A DNA stretch of 63,997 bases, counting the filler, from Asterionella formosa (Eukaryota), in NCBI GenBank assembly GCA_002256025.1. It is 9 parts of 9 records of this genome, joined end to end, with 100 filler letters (N's around TTAATTAATTAA, not from the genome) between each part and the next. Parts side by side here need not be neighbours in the genome. Positions count along the whole stretch, not along the records: positions 21,459 to 28,501 come from NKIB01012539.1; positions 28,602 to 35,642 come from NKIB01012540.1; 7 more parts are not named here. One strand, given 5' to 3'. The notes below the pieces were generated by a model. The model was not told where the DNA came from. It did no database searches and saw only the letters and a program-made list of their open reading frames with translations. The position numbers and the translations under genes were made by a program. This document shows positions 23,361-34,720 of the stretch, one piece after another; the first letter of the stretch is position 1, and each line of letters starts with the position of its first letter.

Positions 23361-24671
23361 ATGATTGCACAATGTGCTCTTGATCACTATAAATCCCTGG
23401 GAACCAAAGGCAAGCCTCGTGAACTGGAAGAATGGACAGTGTTCGCCGCCATTATCGCGCAGAATGCCAAATCTATGTGGGTCGTTTCGTCAGCGACCGG
23501 ATCGAAATGCACCACCGTTGGTCCAGTTAGTTTGTGTCTGCGAGACATGCATGCTGAAGTGATGGCCAAGCGCGGGTTACAGAGAATTTTGTGGGAAGAA
23601 ATGAAGGAAACCTGCACGATTGACAATGCAATCAGACTGCTGGCCGAAAAGGAAGGCGTATATCGACTCAGAGACAGCCTGCGCTTACATCTTTATATTA
23701 GCGATTCGCCCTGTGGCGATGCCACTATTTACAAACTCAGTAATGGGAATATCAATTTCACCGGTGCAAAAGTTATTCTACGAGATTGTGGTGACTACGG
23801 CCAATTTAGCCATTCCGCACTCCTTTCCACTGACAGCCACGAGCACAAATTGGCACGTGAACACATCCAAGAAATTGGTGTTCTGAGAGTCAAGTCAGGT
23901 AGATCAGATTTGCCAGCTCATTTAAGATCGACTAGTATGTCGTGTTCAGATAAGATTCTAAGATGGATGATTCTGGGTTTACAAGGGACTGCGATGCGAA
24001 ACCTAGCACCGATTCGGTTGTCGTCAGTTGTTGTGAGTCGGGATCCTGCTTGTGAGGTATTGGATCAGCAGCACGCACTGGAACGAGCCATCAAGGGCAG
24101 AATAAAACAAGTTATAGTTGAACTAAATGAGAAGCGAGAGAGAACAGAAACTAATGCAGACTTCCTAATGGATCTTGAGAGACATCATATTTCTGTCCAT
24201 GTGGTCAATGCAGTGTTTTCGTCGAGTATGACAAACTTAAAGACTGCAGTAGCTGCTGTAGCTGCTGTGGAACCCCGTACGGATCAATCCACTGATTTGA
24301 GCGATATTTATTCAAACAGGAAACGAAAACGTGATCACACCTCGAGCACACATGTGTCACCGTGTGGTTTTTGTCTTAACTGGAACTCAATGGATAGTAA
24401 CGTCGAGGTTGTCGTGGGCGCTAGAGGAGTATTGCAGGGCAAGAAGGCCAAATCGAATGCCGATTTCGCCAAATTGGCGTCTCGCCTCTGTCGACAGAGC
24501 ATGGCACAACAGTCTTCGTCTGTCGGCATTGCAAGCACATCCTATCGGAGTTGGAAATTCGGAACGAATGTTCAGGGGAACGCGATAAGAGATGCGGTCC
24601 TAGCAACTCGACCGTTCCTGGGCTGGCTGCACGGCAATAGTAATTTTGAATTAGGATGCAATGATAGGTAG
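23361..24671 (+). CDS. ADAT1: tRNA-specific adenosine deaminase 1 (ADAT1/Tad1); 5' end abuts a gap
   Basis: DMHAEV, LHLYISDSPCGDA and SMSCSDKILRW zinc/catalytic motifs; no dsRBD visible. Confidence 0.88.
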   Translation: MIAQCALDHYKSLGTKGKPRELEEWTVFAAIIAQNAKSMWVVSSATGSKCTTVGPVSLCLRDMHAEVMAKRGLQRILWEEMKETCTIDNAIRLLAEKEGVYRLRDSLRLHLYISDSPCGDATIYKLSNGNINFTGAKVILRDCGDYGQFSHSALLSTDSHEHKLAREHIQEIGVLRVKSGRSDLPAHLRSTSMSCSDKILRWMILGLQGTAMRNLAPIRLSSVVVSRDPACEVLDQQHALERAIKGRIKQVIVELNEKRERTETNADFLMDLERHHISVHVVNAVFSSSMTNLKTAVAAVAAVEPRTDQSTDLSDIYSNRKRKRDHTSSTHVSPCGFCLNWNSMDSNVEVVVGARGVLQGKKAKSNADFAKLASRLCRQSMAQQSSSVGIASTSYRSWKFGTNVQGNAIRDAVLATRPFLGWLHGNSNFELGCNDR

Positions 24672-24721
24672 TGCCCTTGTTCAAGCCTCATTTCCCTGTT
24701 TTGATTTTCGGCATTGCTCGG

Positions 24722-25225
24722 CTACAATGGAACGTACAGGCCCTGGCGATTCAGGTAGACGGCTCCCTCTTGTTGTAGTTGCTGTACAATTAGAAACATT
24801 TCGTTTTGTTGCATGTCCAAGACCAAGGCAAGGTCTTCCAAACTAATTCCTTCCGCATCAAGAGAAATAAATCGAAAGACTTCTGCTTTGTCCACGGGTT
24901 TATATGGAATACCGTTTTTCATTGGTCCTGTATGCAGGGCTTCCTGCCACTGCAAGGCTTCCATGTTCCTGTCCACCTTCCATACAATCGTATTGGCTTG
25001 CAAAATCTCGCCAGTCCAGTTGCCTATCACCATGATCACGTCACCGATGACACCGACTGTTGTGTCGAGCTGCGCACTGTCAATTTTGGTACACAGGCTT
25101 CCGTCGTCGAGCACTAGGAAGTTACTTGCAATTTGCACAACCACGCCAACCACTCGAACGGGACAATGTGAGGGGAGCGTATCGATCTGCGAAAGCAAAA
25201 CGCGACGAGGAGCGAGGATCGGCAT
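24722..25225 (-). CDS. Small OB-fold + winged-helix ssDNA-binding protein (STN1/RPA2-like)
   Basis: VRVVGVV...LVLDDGS...GDVIMVIG OB fold; DRNMEALQW; C-terminal WH (GISLEDL...LQQEGAVY). First ATG at 25225. Confidence 0.7.
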   Translation of the reverse strand: MPILAPRRVLLSQIDTLPSHCPVRVVGVVVQIASNFLVLDDGSLCTKIDSAQLDTTVGVIGDVIMVIGNWTGEILQANTIVWKVDRNMEALQWQEALHTGPMKNGIPYKPVDKAEVFRFISLDAEGISLEDLALVLDMQQNEMFLIVQQLQQEGAVYLNRQGLYVPL

Positions 25226-25603
25226 GGTCAACGACTTTATTCAATTGCAATACTATCAAACTCTCAAGTGCAAATTAAATGAAGAGGATGACATAAATAA
25301 GTTGAGAGGAATGGCAACAACAATAATGTCTACAACATCAGAACTTCTGTACAGTCTTGTCGTGTCAGCCAGGTTGTTACGGACCAACCCTCTAAGTTAC
25401 AAATATATTCCGGTATAGATATTACAAATATTAGTACCGTATGCACTACCGGTATATTGTATGATGTGTGTGTTTCCCGACATCACTGCACACTGCCACT
25501 CCCGGAGAAAATAGTACTGGTATCACATATTATTCATAGTAACGACCATGGAACCCTGAATTAAAACTGCTGCCGGTAGCCACATTGCTCACACTTTAGC
25601 TCC

Positions 25604-26842
25604 ATGAAAGTCCTCAAGAAACATATATCTGCTAAAGATGGGTCCGGTTTGGTTGTGCTGCGGCCGGAAACATCCGAAGACCTCTGGCATTCGTACAATC
25701 TATTGCAAGTCGGCGATCTCGTCCGATGCACAACTCTCCGCAAGGTGGTCAACACAACCGCAACGGGATCCACTTCCTCGCAAAAGAAACGTATGAATTT
25801 GACCGTCAAACTAGAAAAAGTAGACTTTGACCCGCACTCCTTGGAAGTTCGTCTCAATGGACGCACCACTAGTGAATCCGAGGGTGTCAGATTGGGGCAA
25901 TACCACACACTGTCGCTTGAACTTAATCAAAACTTTTCACTGGAGAAGGAATGTTGGGACCAAATTTACTTGGACCGCATTGAAGATTCATGTCATCCTG
26001 AAAATCAGGCCGAAATCGCTGCAGTAGTCATGCAGTCAACGGGACTTGCCCATGTTTGCCTCGTTACTGGCAGTCTCACCATTACCAAGGCTCGCATAGA
26101 TGTTAATATACCGAAAAAGCGAACGGGCTCGTCAGCACAAAGTAAAGCCACTATCAAATTTTACAATGCCATTTATCAAGCCATGCTGAAGCTTCCGTGG
26201 GATCAGATCAAGTGCTGTCTACTGGGTAGTCCAGGCTTTGTCAAGGACGACTTTTACAAATTCATCTTGGAAGAGGCGGTTCGACGAGAAGACAGAATCT
26301 TGATCGAAAACAAGTCCAAATTCGTCTTGTGCAAGGCCAGTTCAGGCCACAAGCACGCTTTGGAAGATGTATTTGGAGATCCAAAAATCATCACGCAATT
26401 GGAAGACACCAAAATGGCCAAGGAAGTCGCCGTCTTGAAGACTTTCATGCGAATGATGGACACAGACCCGGACCGGGCTTTTTATGGATATGGACATGTT
26501 AGCAAAGCACAGGAGCACTTGGCAATCGATACTTTGCTGGTGACAGATGAATTGTTTCGGAATGCAGATTTGCTCAAAAGGAAGGATTACGTTAAATTGG
26601 TAGAAAATGTACGCGAAAGTGGGGGACAGGTGTACGTCTTTTCGAGTATGCACGTATCGGGACAGCAGTTGAATCAAGTGAGCGGAGTGGCAGCACTGTT
26701 GCGATATCCCTTGCCAGATATTGAGATTGAAGAGCCAATGTTGGATGATGTTACGTATCCCGATGACGATTCAGAAGAAGAGTATGACGCCGACGCGAGA
26801 ATACGAGAAGACATGGAAGATATGGGATTTGGCAATCTGTAA
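25604..26842 (+). CDS. PELO: Pelota/Dom34 ribosome rescue factor
   Basis: EDLWHSYNLL, GQYHTL, IPKKR, GSPGFVK and FSSMHVSGQQL...GVAALLRYPLP. Confidence 0.97.
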   Translation: MKVLKKHISAKDGSGLVVLRPETSEDLWHSYNLLQVGDLVRCTTLRKVVNTTATGSTSSQKKRMNLTVKLEKVDFDPHSLEVRLNGRTTSESEGVRLGQYHTLSLELNQNFSLEKECWDQIYLDRIEDSCHPENQAEIAAVVMQSTGLAHVCLVTGSLTITKARIDVNIPKKRTGSSAQSKATIKFYNAIYQAMLKLPWDQIKCCLLGSPGFVKDDFYKFILEEAVRREDRILIENKSKFVLCKASSGHKHALEDVFGDPKIITQLEDTKMAKEVAVLKTFMRMMDTDPDRAFYGYGHVSKAQEHLAIDTLLVTDELFRNADLLKRKDYVKLVENVRESGGQVYVFSSMHVSGQQLNQVSGVAALLRYPLPDIEIEEPMLDDVTYPDDDSEEEYDADARIREDMEDMGFGNL

Positions 26843-26916
26843 TGCGAGTCCTATGTGCCTTTCAGATATTTTTTCTTATTCTGTATTTTGTAGCTGTGTT
26901 GAGTGGGTGGCTATAT

Positions 26917-27657
26917 CTAGCTTGACCATGCCGATGGATCATTGAGTGCTTCCTTCAGTTTTTTCGTCAAAGCGCCCAAGTCACCATCATTGTCAATAAC
27001 TTTGGTCACAATTCCCTTTTCTACTTCTTCAACCAGATTACCTATCCCTCTCCTTGAAATCTGGGATTTTATTCTCGTTTCTGCGTCGTCTTTTGTCATT
27101 CCTCTTTGTTCCATCAATCGTTGGAGTGCAGTTTCTGGCTTCACTTTAATAACCCAGAGACCATCCAACAAATCCTCCCATCCTGCCTCAATCAAAACGG
27201 CAGCTTCCAGCACGATAATAGGAATTTTTTCAGGAGGTAGGCGTTCTTCGCTCTTGATTCTTATCGCGTCCAATATTTCCTTTTTGACATAAGGCCAAAC
27301 AATGTGCTCCAAAATTGTCATCTTGTTGGGGTCGGAGAAGACGATTCCTCCAAGTGCAGCTCGATCTATTTCTCCGTCCTCCTTTAGCAAAGCCGTTCCA
27401 AATTCCGATACAATTTCATCAATTGCTGGACTTCCAACCGTATAGACGGAATGGGCCATACGATCGGCTTCCAAATAATGCCAACATGACAAGTGTTCGA
27501 CCAAGATCTTACAAGCTGACGATTTGCCAGAACCAATACCACCACAGACGCCGAGAATTTTGGGAGAACTTGTTCGCATTGTCATCCAGCCAAATGCCGA
27601 ATTGGTTGTCAGTAAGAGCAATTTTAGCAAACGTTCCGTTGTTGCGATTTTTGCCAT
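26917..27657 (-). CDS. coaE: Dephospho-CoA kinase, probably organelle-targeted
   Basis: GVCGGIGSGKS P-loop, IDRAALGGIVF, LEHIVWP, EAAVLIEAGW; N-terminal signal ending NSAF. Confidence 0.93.
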   Translation of the reverse strand: MAKIATTERLLKLLLLTTNSAFGWMTMRTSSPKILGVCGGIGSGKSSACKILVEHLSCWHYLEADRMAHSVYTVGSPAIDEIVSEFGTALLKEDGEIDRAALGGIVFSDPNKMTILEHIVWPYVKKEILDAIRIKSEERLPPEKIPIIVLEAAVLIEAGWEDLLDGLWVIKVKPETALQRLMEQRGMTKDDAETRIKSQISRRGIGNLVEEVEKGIVTKVIDNDGDLGALTKKLKEALNDPSAWSS

Positions 27658-27868
27658 GGCTGGTGTTTTTGTTTATACTTTACAACAAAGAAAAAATCAA
27701 CCCGGTTGCACTGACAGTTGATTTGGTACTCCCTTTTTTTGGTTGAAAAATCAACTCAGTGTTAAGGGCGCTGATTAGTCCTACATAGAAAGGCAGGCAG
27801 CATAGCTATCATGTGATAAATAGCTAAAGTAATTATATGTATGTAAACAGGTACCTGTATACTCATTA

Positions 27869-27958
27869 GCAAGTTGTGGTCATTTTGCTTAATCAAACAA
27901 TTTGATAACGGATAAAGAAAGCTAAATTCTTAGTTTCAGCACGATTACCGCAACTTGC
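27869..27958. mobile_element. 90-bp MITE-like element
   Basis: TIRs gcaagttgtggtcattttgct / agcacgattaccgcaacttgc. Confidence 0.85.
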
Positions 27959-28004
27959 AAGGTACCAGGTACCGGTAATCGGAGAACCATGGTACCTGGT
28001 ACCT

Positions 28005-28093
28005 GCAAGTTGCGGTCATTTTGCTTAAATCAACAATTTAATCTCGAATAAAAATAGCTAAATTTTTAGTTCAGTAAAATTACCGCAACTTGC
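28005..28093. mobile_element. 89-bp MITE-like element (plus a solo TIR at 28128-28148)
   Basis: TIRs gcaagttgcggtcattttgct / agtaaaattaccgcaacttgc. Confidence 0.85.
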
Positions 28094-28796
28094 TGATTCC
28101 AGGTACCTGGTACTCCGAGTACTACCGGCAAGATGCGGTAATTTTGCTATCATATTAATTCTTTGTACCACAAGGGTAGTGCTACAAATGTCTTCGTGCC
28201 AGCAATAATGATTCCAATTCCAAATTGATTCATGCGTACCGGTATCTCTATGATTTTCATTTAATAAACCAAACCAGTCGGCTTGTTGTTTTGAATTGTA
28301 TGTAGCTTTACTCTAATTGTTTAGCCTACAATATTGATACCAATTTGATTTGCTTATTCAGCTATTTGCTTCCATAGGATTTGTTTAATTAATGTTTGAC
28401 TGTTTTGCTTAAAGTAGCAATACTATCAATTTTGCTTTTTGTGTGACATTATCATTTCAACCCAACTGCCATCACACCCACCTACCTATGTAATACTTTA
28501 GNNNNNNNNNNNNNNNNNNNNNNNNNNNNNNNNNNNNNNNNNNNNTTAATTAATTAANNNNNNNNNNNNNNNNNNNNNNNNNNNNNNNNNNNNNNNNNNN
28601 NTTGAGGATGCATTGCATCCTGCCTTCAAATCTCTTTATGCATGCATACCGCCTCCCTTCCACTCAGATTCTGAAACTCATCTGACTACATGCTGCAAAT
28701 CCCATTTCCTTTTGATCCAATTCTGTTTTATCTATTTTGATTTCCTAATCAAAACAAAAACAATGAGAAGGAATTACTTGCTCATAAGCCAGTACG

Positions 28797-29025
28797 AGGT
28801 GACAATAGATATCAATGTCACCTTGTTTGTATGAGAACAATGTGTTATTGCGTCCCCTCCATCACCAATAGACGATACCAATGTCGTCACCTTGTTGTCT
28901 GTACAAGAACATGTTGTGGCCTGAGTAAGAGGTGACAATAGATACCAATGTCACCTTGTTTGTACAAGAAATTGTTATTGCGTCCCCTTCATCACCAACA
29001 TATACCAATGCCACATTGTTGTACG
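28797..29025. repeat. Imperfect tandem repeat (~133-bp period) with ggtgaca...tgtcacc hairpins
   Basis: ggtgacaatagata.caatgtcaccttgtttgta at ~28798 and ~28931. Confidence 0.75.
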
Positions 29026-29104
29026 ACTACGTGATATTGTGTACCCTCAATCAACTCTTTAGATACCTGTATACTCTTAAGTCACTCCCTAACCCTATTC
29101 CTAT

Positions 29105-29370
29105 CATGGGCATGATTCGAATTCAAATCAATTGTACACGTAGTATGTTTACATGCAAATATCTGTGCAACGTACCGGTATATACTAGGTGTCACTATGA
29201 TGGACATGATTTGAATTCAAATCAATCGTATGCATACTGGTACGTACGTTTACATGCAAAAATATGTGTGCTACATATTAACCGGTAGGTATCCCGATGA
29301 TGGGCATGATTAAAATTCGAATCAATCGTGTACATACGTTTACATACAAAAATATCTGTGCAACATATTG
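29105..29370. repeat. Three diverged ~95-100-bp tandem units
   Basis: catgatt..aattc.aatcaat...gtttacat.caaa.atat.tgtgc at ~29110, ~29205 and ~29305. Confidence 0.75.
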
Positions 29371-29912
29371 GTGCTACCAGGATACCAGGTAGTAGTACAA
29401 TAGATGATATAATAGACAGTAGTACCTGGTACCAGTACTCACAGACAAGTAGACTCGAACATGCATATGCATATATGCGTATCTATCATGTCTTCTAAAC
29501 TATAGATTGCTACAGCAGATATGTACACATACCCATGTACGACTGTCACTCGTATACATTCAAAAATACATGTATCGATATTTGTACATATAATATTCTA
29601 CAAAATGATAAATATTATTCATAATAGATGATAAATCGAATTGATATAATGATCATATGATCGCCATTATAAGATGCATCACACGAATTAGATGTTTTCT
29701 GTTTACAGACGTTACATCAATAGGGCCAGCTTTGCGTCCATGATGGTCCAAAAAGATCCAAGCTATCCAACAAATTCAACCACCAACACATATCAAACAA
29801 CTACGAAGCTTTACCGATGCAGTAAATTATCTCCGAGATATGTGGCTGGCCCAAATGTGCACATTTGTTATCCAAACTCACCGCCTTAACAGAAAAAAAG
29901 AATTTGAATGGA

Positions 29913-30413
29913 AGTTACAGTAACAATGAGAAGGAACAACTTGTTAGCTAGCCATGTTACACAGACAGAACATCACGCCATTCGATCGTATCCTCTTGCT
30001 TGCTTCACTTACCACAGCCAAATCAAAGCAAGTGATGTATAAGTCTGTAATAGTAACTGGTCAGTAAATTCTTGAATAAGTAAGTTTCAGTTTTCCAATG
30101 TTGCCGAATAAAACGTACCGATTCATTTTCGTTAGCTTAACTTTGAGAGAAGGTAAACTGGTGTGTCCGTCAGTTATGTTCCATCAGAAGTGAATAAGTC
30201 CAATGACAAGAGCACTTACCAATTTTGTTTTGTTTTACATTGGTGCTCCCCAACAAGCGAAACGAGCTGTTGATTCAACTGAGAAAACAGGAAATGTGCG
30301 TTTAGTTTACAATTTGTTGTTGTCCTGCCTCCCAACGATTTTCATCCAAGTACCACATTGATGGCTTCAATACCTTAAACATAATCCATCCTTCGAAGGC
30401 GCAATGTGTCGAA
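29913..30413. repeat. Repeat family A, diverged partial copy 4
   Basis: Matches ~5588-6088 of copy 2, on a different scaffold. Confidence 0.9.
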
Positions 30414-30982
30414 GCCACAATGTTTTTCGTTATTGCGTAAACTTTTCTTTTCTTGTCATGTGCTTTACTCCGATATTTCTTTTCATGAAGCAGGCATTGT
30501 TTGTTAACATGACAGAACAATTTCAAAAATATTTGCCATGTATATAGTTATAAAATTTGTAAATATATAAAAAACATTTATTAAATTCAAAGGCACTATC
30601 AATATGGAACGTCTGATATTGTTGAGATGATCATATTTGCTTATAGATAATTCGAAAATATTCAATGCACTATAAGTCCATTGTTTTCCATGACTTCGTG
30701 TACCGGCCGGTACTGTTTTTTTGAAATTTGTTTGCATCAATATTTTCTACGTCAGTTAATATTTAGACCATGCAATTGGTGTACTAGTAAGTCATAACCC
30801 ATTTGTATCATTATTTATACGCGAGGATTTTGGTAGCAAATTGTTTAAGCCCCTTTTTTGGGCGCGAGTTCTTCATGTGTACCGGTACATCATACAACAA
30901 TAACATTTTATCATATATATACAGAGTACCAGTAGCAGGTAGGAAGTGATATACTGGGGGTACCAGGTAGTCAGAGTACCAG

Positions 30983-31312
30983 GTAGTAAGCGAGCAACAG
31001 AACACCATATTTCATGACTGTTGCTACTGCAGTGAGACAGTAAATCATCATAGTTTTAGGATCTTATGATCATAAAATTGAAAAATAATAGTCGGAGTAG
31101 TAAGCGAGCAACAGAGCACCATTTGTTCAGGACTGCTGCCACTGCAGCGGTACAAAAAGCATCATAGTTTTAGGATTGTACGATCGTAAAATTGAATGAG
31201 AGTAGTCGGAGTAGTAAGCGAGCAACAGAACACAATATGTTCATGACCCCTGCTACTGTGGCGGGACAAAAAATCATCATATTTTTAGGATTGTATAATT
31301 GTACAATTGAAA
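30983..31312. repeat. Three tandem 114-bp units
   Basis: gtagtaagcgagcaacaga.cac at 30983, 31097 and 31211. Confidence 0.9.
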
Positions 31313-31420
31313 ACAAGATATGCTATTACTCAAACTCGGTTCTGATTTTGTATATGATAATGTAAATAGCACTGTTGGTTCTGTGGTATCATATCTAGAC
31401 AGCGTAAAATATTATATGTA

Positions 31421-32923
31421 GTGGCTGATGATTCATTTCATTGTAGCTTGCAACACCTGATTTTAAGATCATCGAACTTTAAAGAAGAGAATGACAACAG
31501 TTATCTAGTAGTACAAGCAATGTCATCAATAAACCATAAAGAGGTTCATGGAATCAAGCGACATGTGGCAAATGCTGCCGGTATGGAACAAAGAAGGAAG
31601 TACCAAAATGAGTTAGCAAAGAAAAAGCGAACAGGCGATTATCTAAAGGAACCCAATCAGCGACAGGGAGTTAGTGGGTGTACTATCCCATTGTCGATGG
31701 GGACACCATCATCTACTAGTACAAAGGCTCCCGTAATTGATACTGAAAGCAATGATAACATTTCTTTTTCAGTTGTTGATACAAGAAAAATGGCTCCTGT
31801 CGATGATACCATTAATAACTCCCGGATGCAGATGGACGACATGGTACCATATCATAAATTTTGTAATCGCACGGACCAACAAGTACATGACAAACTGAGG
31901 GGAAAACATTTTGCACTTGCCAAAGGATATTATCAATTGGTCAATGAACTCAATCACTACAAAGGTCGTAATTCAGTTCAAAACTCGCTTGTCCATACAA
32001 GGTTATCAAGAATCTTGAATTTCAGCAGCCTTATCAGAACGTCGTTCCCGCTTAGCAAAAATTAAATCAAACTATCAATTGTCACAAAGGTTGTGAGTTT
32101 TATTTGATTTCAAGACCAAGAAGTTTTGCTGTGAACATGTAAGTTTGAGGTTATAGTTCGTGAATTGCATGTACTGTAAAACAGAATATCAATCTAATGT
32201 GCTTTTTTCTGGTCCCAAAAGAGAATCAAACATCCCGCCCTGCCTATCTGGTCCAAGTAGTATGAAAGGCATTTCCAATCACAAACAGGATTGGTTTGCC
32301 CAATGTTGCCTAACTCGGCTATACACAGTGAAACTGGAGTTATGCAAAGAAGTGGAGAGTGACCCAGAGCTTACCGATCGATTTCATATTGAATGGTTTT
32401 TGATGCACTACTTCCGATGAATCAAACAATTGAACTGACCAACAAAAAACGTTTAGTTTACATCGAATCAACATTTGGTGGCATGTGCATTAAAATGTTG
32501 AGAGAATGTCAGAATGTATTGAAGAATCAATTTAAAGGAATCTTAAGTAAGGTCTTGCAGGGCGGGAGATGCTCCGAAAGCATGATGTTTTGAGTCGGCG
32601 ATTATATTCTTATCAAATATGTTTCAATTTAAAAATGCTAACATAATTCATGACACACCAGCTGGTCTAACAGAATATAACTTCCAGACTATGGATATTG
32701 ATGACTTTATTAGGTGGGTGGAAGGAATCCTAGTGGAATTGCTACTTCTACGACAAATATCATCTACCCACACTCATACTTCTCATTTACCAACGTAAAT
32801 GAAGAGGACATGCATCAATATGTTGAACCACTTCAACCAAATGTTCCTGAGAAGAATATTGATTACAATGACCGCATTAATCAACGAGACATTGATGACG
32901 ACGTTGATTTTGAATGGATCTAG
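31421..32923 (+). pseudogene. Fragmented coding-like ORFs of unknown family upstream of the Plavaka-like transposase
   Basis: Successive + strand ORF pieces (214, 86, 66 and 69 aa) with protein-like composition; no motif recognised. Confidence 0.35.
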
Positions 32924-33304
32924 CTAATAGAATCCAATGCATGCTTAGTAGTTACATAATAAAATGGGTGAGACTTCTACAATGCACAAACTATGTCATA
33001 GATGTTATGAAAACATTGATACTGCTCTATACTACTAGTACTAGTGGCCCCTGTACTGTATGTAGCAGTATACCTCCATTTTTACTACTATGGTGGAGTG
33101 ATAATTTCACGACTCTGTATTGTCCAGCACAGCATGATCGGAGTGATGCTAAATTTATTATTAATAATTCATTTTCATTCTATCCTTTTCATATCCTGAC
33201 TTTATCATCATTTGAATTTTTAATGTCTTTGCGGACATAACAATGGTTTTATCTGTGTAACTACAAATTTCGGAAGAACAAATCCCCATCTGAGTCTCAC
33301 AACC

Positions 33305-34720
33305 GTGTTTTCTATGCATATGGTCACTTTCGACATTGCATGCAAGAACATCGAGTTCCTGGAATACATAATGAAACTATGTATTGCGGTAGTGCATCGA
33401 ATCATTCAAGGAAAGAAGTTTATGGCAGTGTGCGTAACTGCTGCAGCATTTAGGGAGAGTAGACAACAAGAAGAGATTATGTGTCCTATCCTTGAATCAA
33501 GTGGCCACAATCATCTATTTCATGACGACAGCGACGATTTAGTTTATAAAAATATTCAGTCACAACAAGACAAACAGTTGAGACTAAAACTCTACAAGGA
33601 TTGAATTCAGAGACCATGCAATATTCAGATTTCCAAGATCACACCGGCTTTCTCCCTGAAAATGCAATGGATTTTTCTCTAAACATGCGCGCATCCAATC
33701 GAATTAGAACTCCTGTTATTCCTTAACGAGAATTACCTTCCACCAGTTTACTTTGATCATCTAATGAAATGGCTGTTCAAGGCCAAAGCAATGAAATATT
33801 TTGATGGAAGGTATCAAGCTCCATCCTACCAGACTTTGAAAAAACGCATGAATATTTCATTTCCACCAACATTAGCGGTTACAGATTGATAACAATTCAA
33901 ACATGATCATCCCATGCGCACTCCATTATTTCGAACCAGTACAGCTCATCGCAGGATTGCTACGTGATTCCGATATCATGCAACATTTTGTATGTCACCC
34001 ACAAGTGAAACTTACAACTTTTGGAGAACGCATATATGACAACGTAACTTCTGCGACTTGGTTTGAAAATGCATTCAACAATTCTCCTGCATCAGAAAAT
34101 GGAGTGTTGAAGGCAAGACAGGGTGTTTATTTGTTGCCCTAGCAGTTTTCAGTGATGATTCACCTATTGATAAACAAATGAAACATTCCGAGCATCCGTT
34201 TTTGTTGACAATGTTAAACTTAGCGTTAGAGAGAGAGGAAGGAAAAAGGTTGATGGATGGCAATTGGTATCTCTTTGGTCAGACATTGAAGTCAGTGATC
34301 TGGAGAAACAAATGAATAATAAGTTATCTGGTGACGACTTGTCCTTATGTAGACTCAAATTATACAATTCTGTGACAGGATTTCTATTGTCGCCTGCCTT
34401 TCGAAGATCCAAACAAGTCATACGATATCTGGGTTCATGGTCTTGGTATGACAAAAGTTTATTACCAGATTGGAATGATCATTGGTGATACAGAAGAGCA
34501 CAACAAAATTTGTGGTGTCAGGGGTGGTATTGGATTATATCGACGGTATGTTTGTCTTGATTGCCTGCTGGTTTCAACTGAAGATGCTGATAATCCCGAT
34601 ATTGGATGTGAACGACGTAAAGTGTCAGATGTTAAAAAGGTTTTAAAAAAATTTCTTGACAAAAATATATATCCTGATGGAAAATTACCATGTATCCCAC
34701 CTGAGTGTTATGTCTCCAAA
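33305..34720 (+). mobile_element. Decayed Plavaka-like (CMC/EnSpm-related) transposase
   Basis: HYFEPVQLIAGLLRD...GERIYDNVTSATWF, AVFSDDSPID...HPFLLTMLNL, WQLVSL, IGMIIGDTEEHNKICG...VCLDC, with stops and frameshifts. Confidence 0.7.

Noticed and set aside
22695..23387. Long ORFs, including a DXO-ADAT1 read-through of 658 aa
   Set aside because: These are artefacts of translating through a ~640-N gap; the DXO-like ORF has its own stop at 22702.
30983..31312. 114-bp repeats as CRISPR or tRNA/snRNA genes
   Set aside because: Units are similar along their whole length with no unique spacers, and no cloverleaf or box motifs were recognised.
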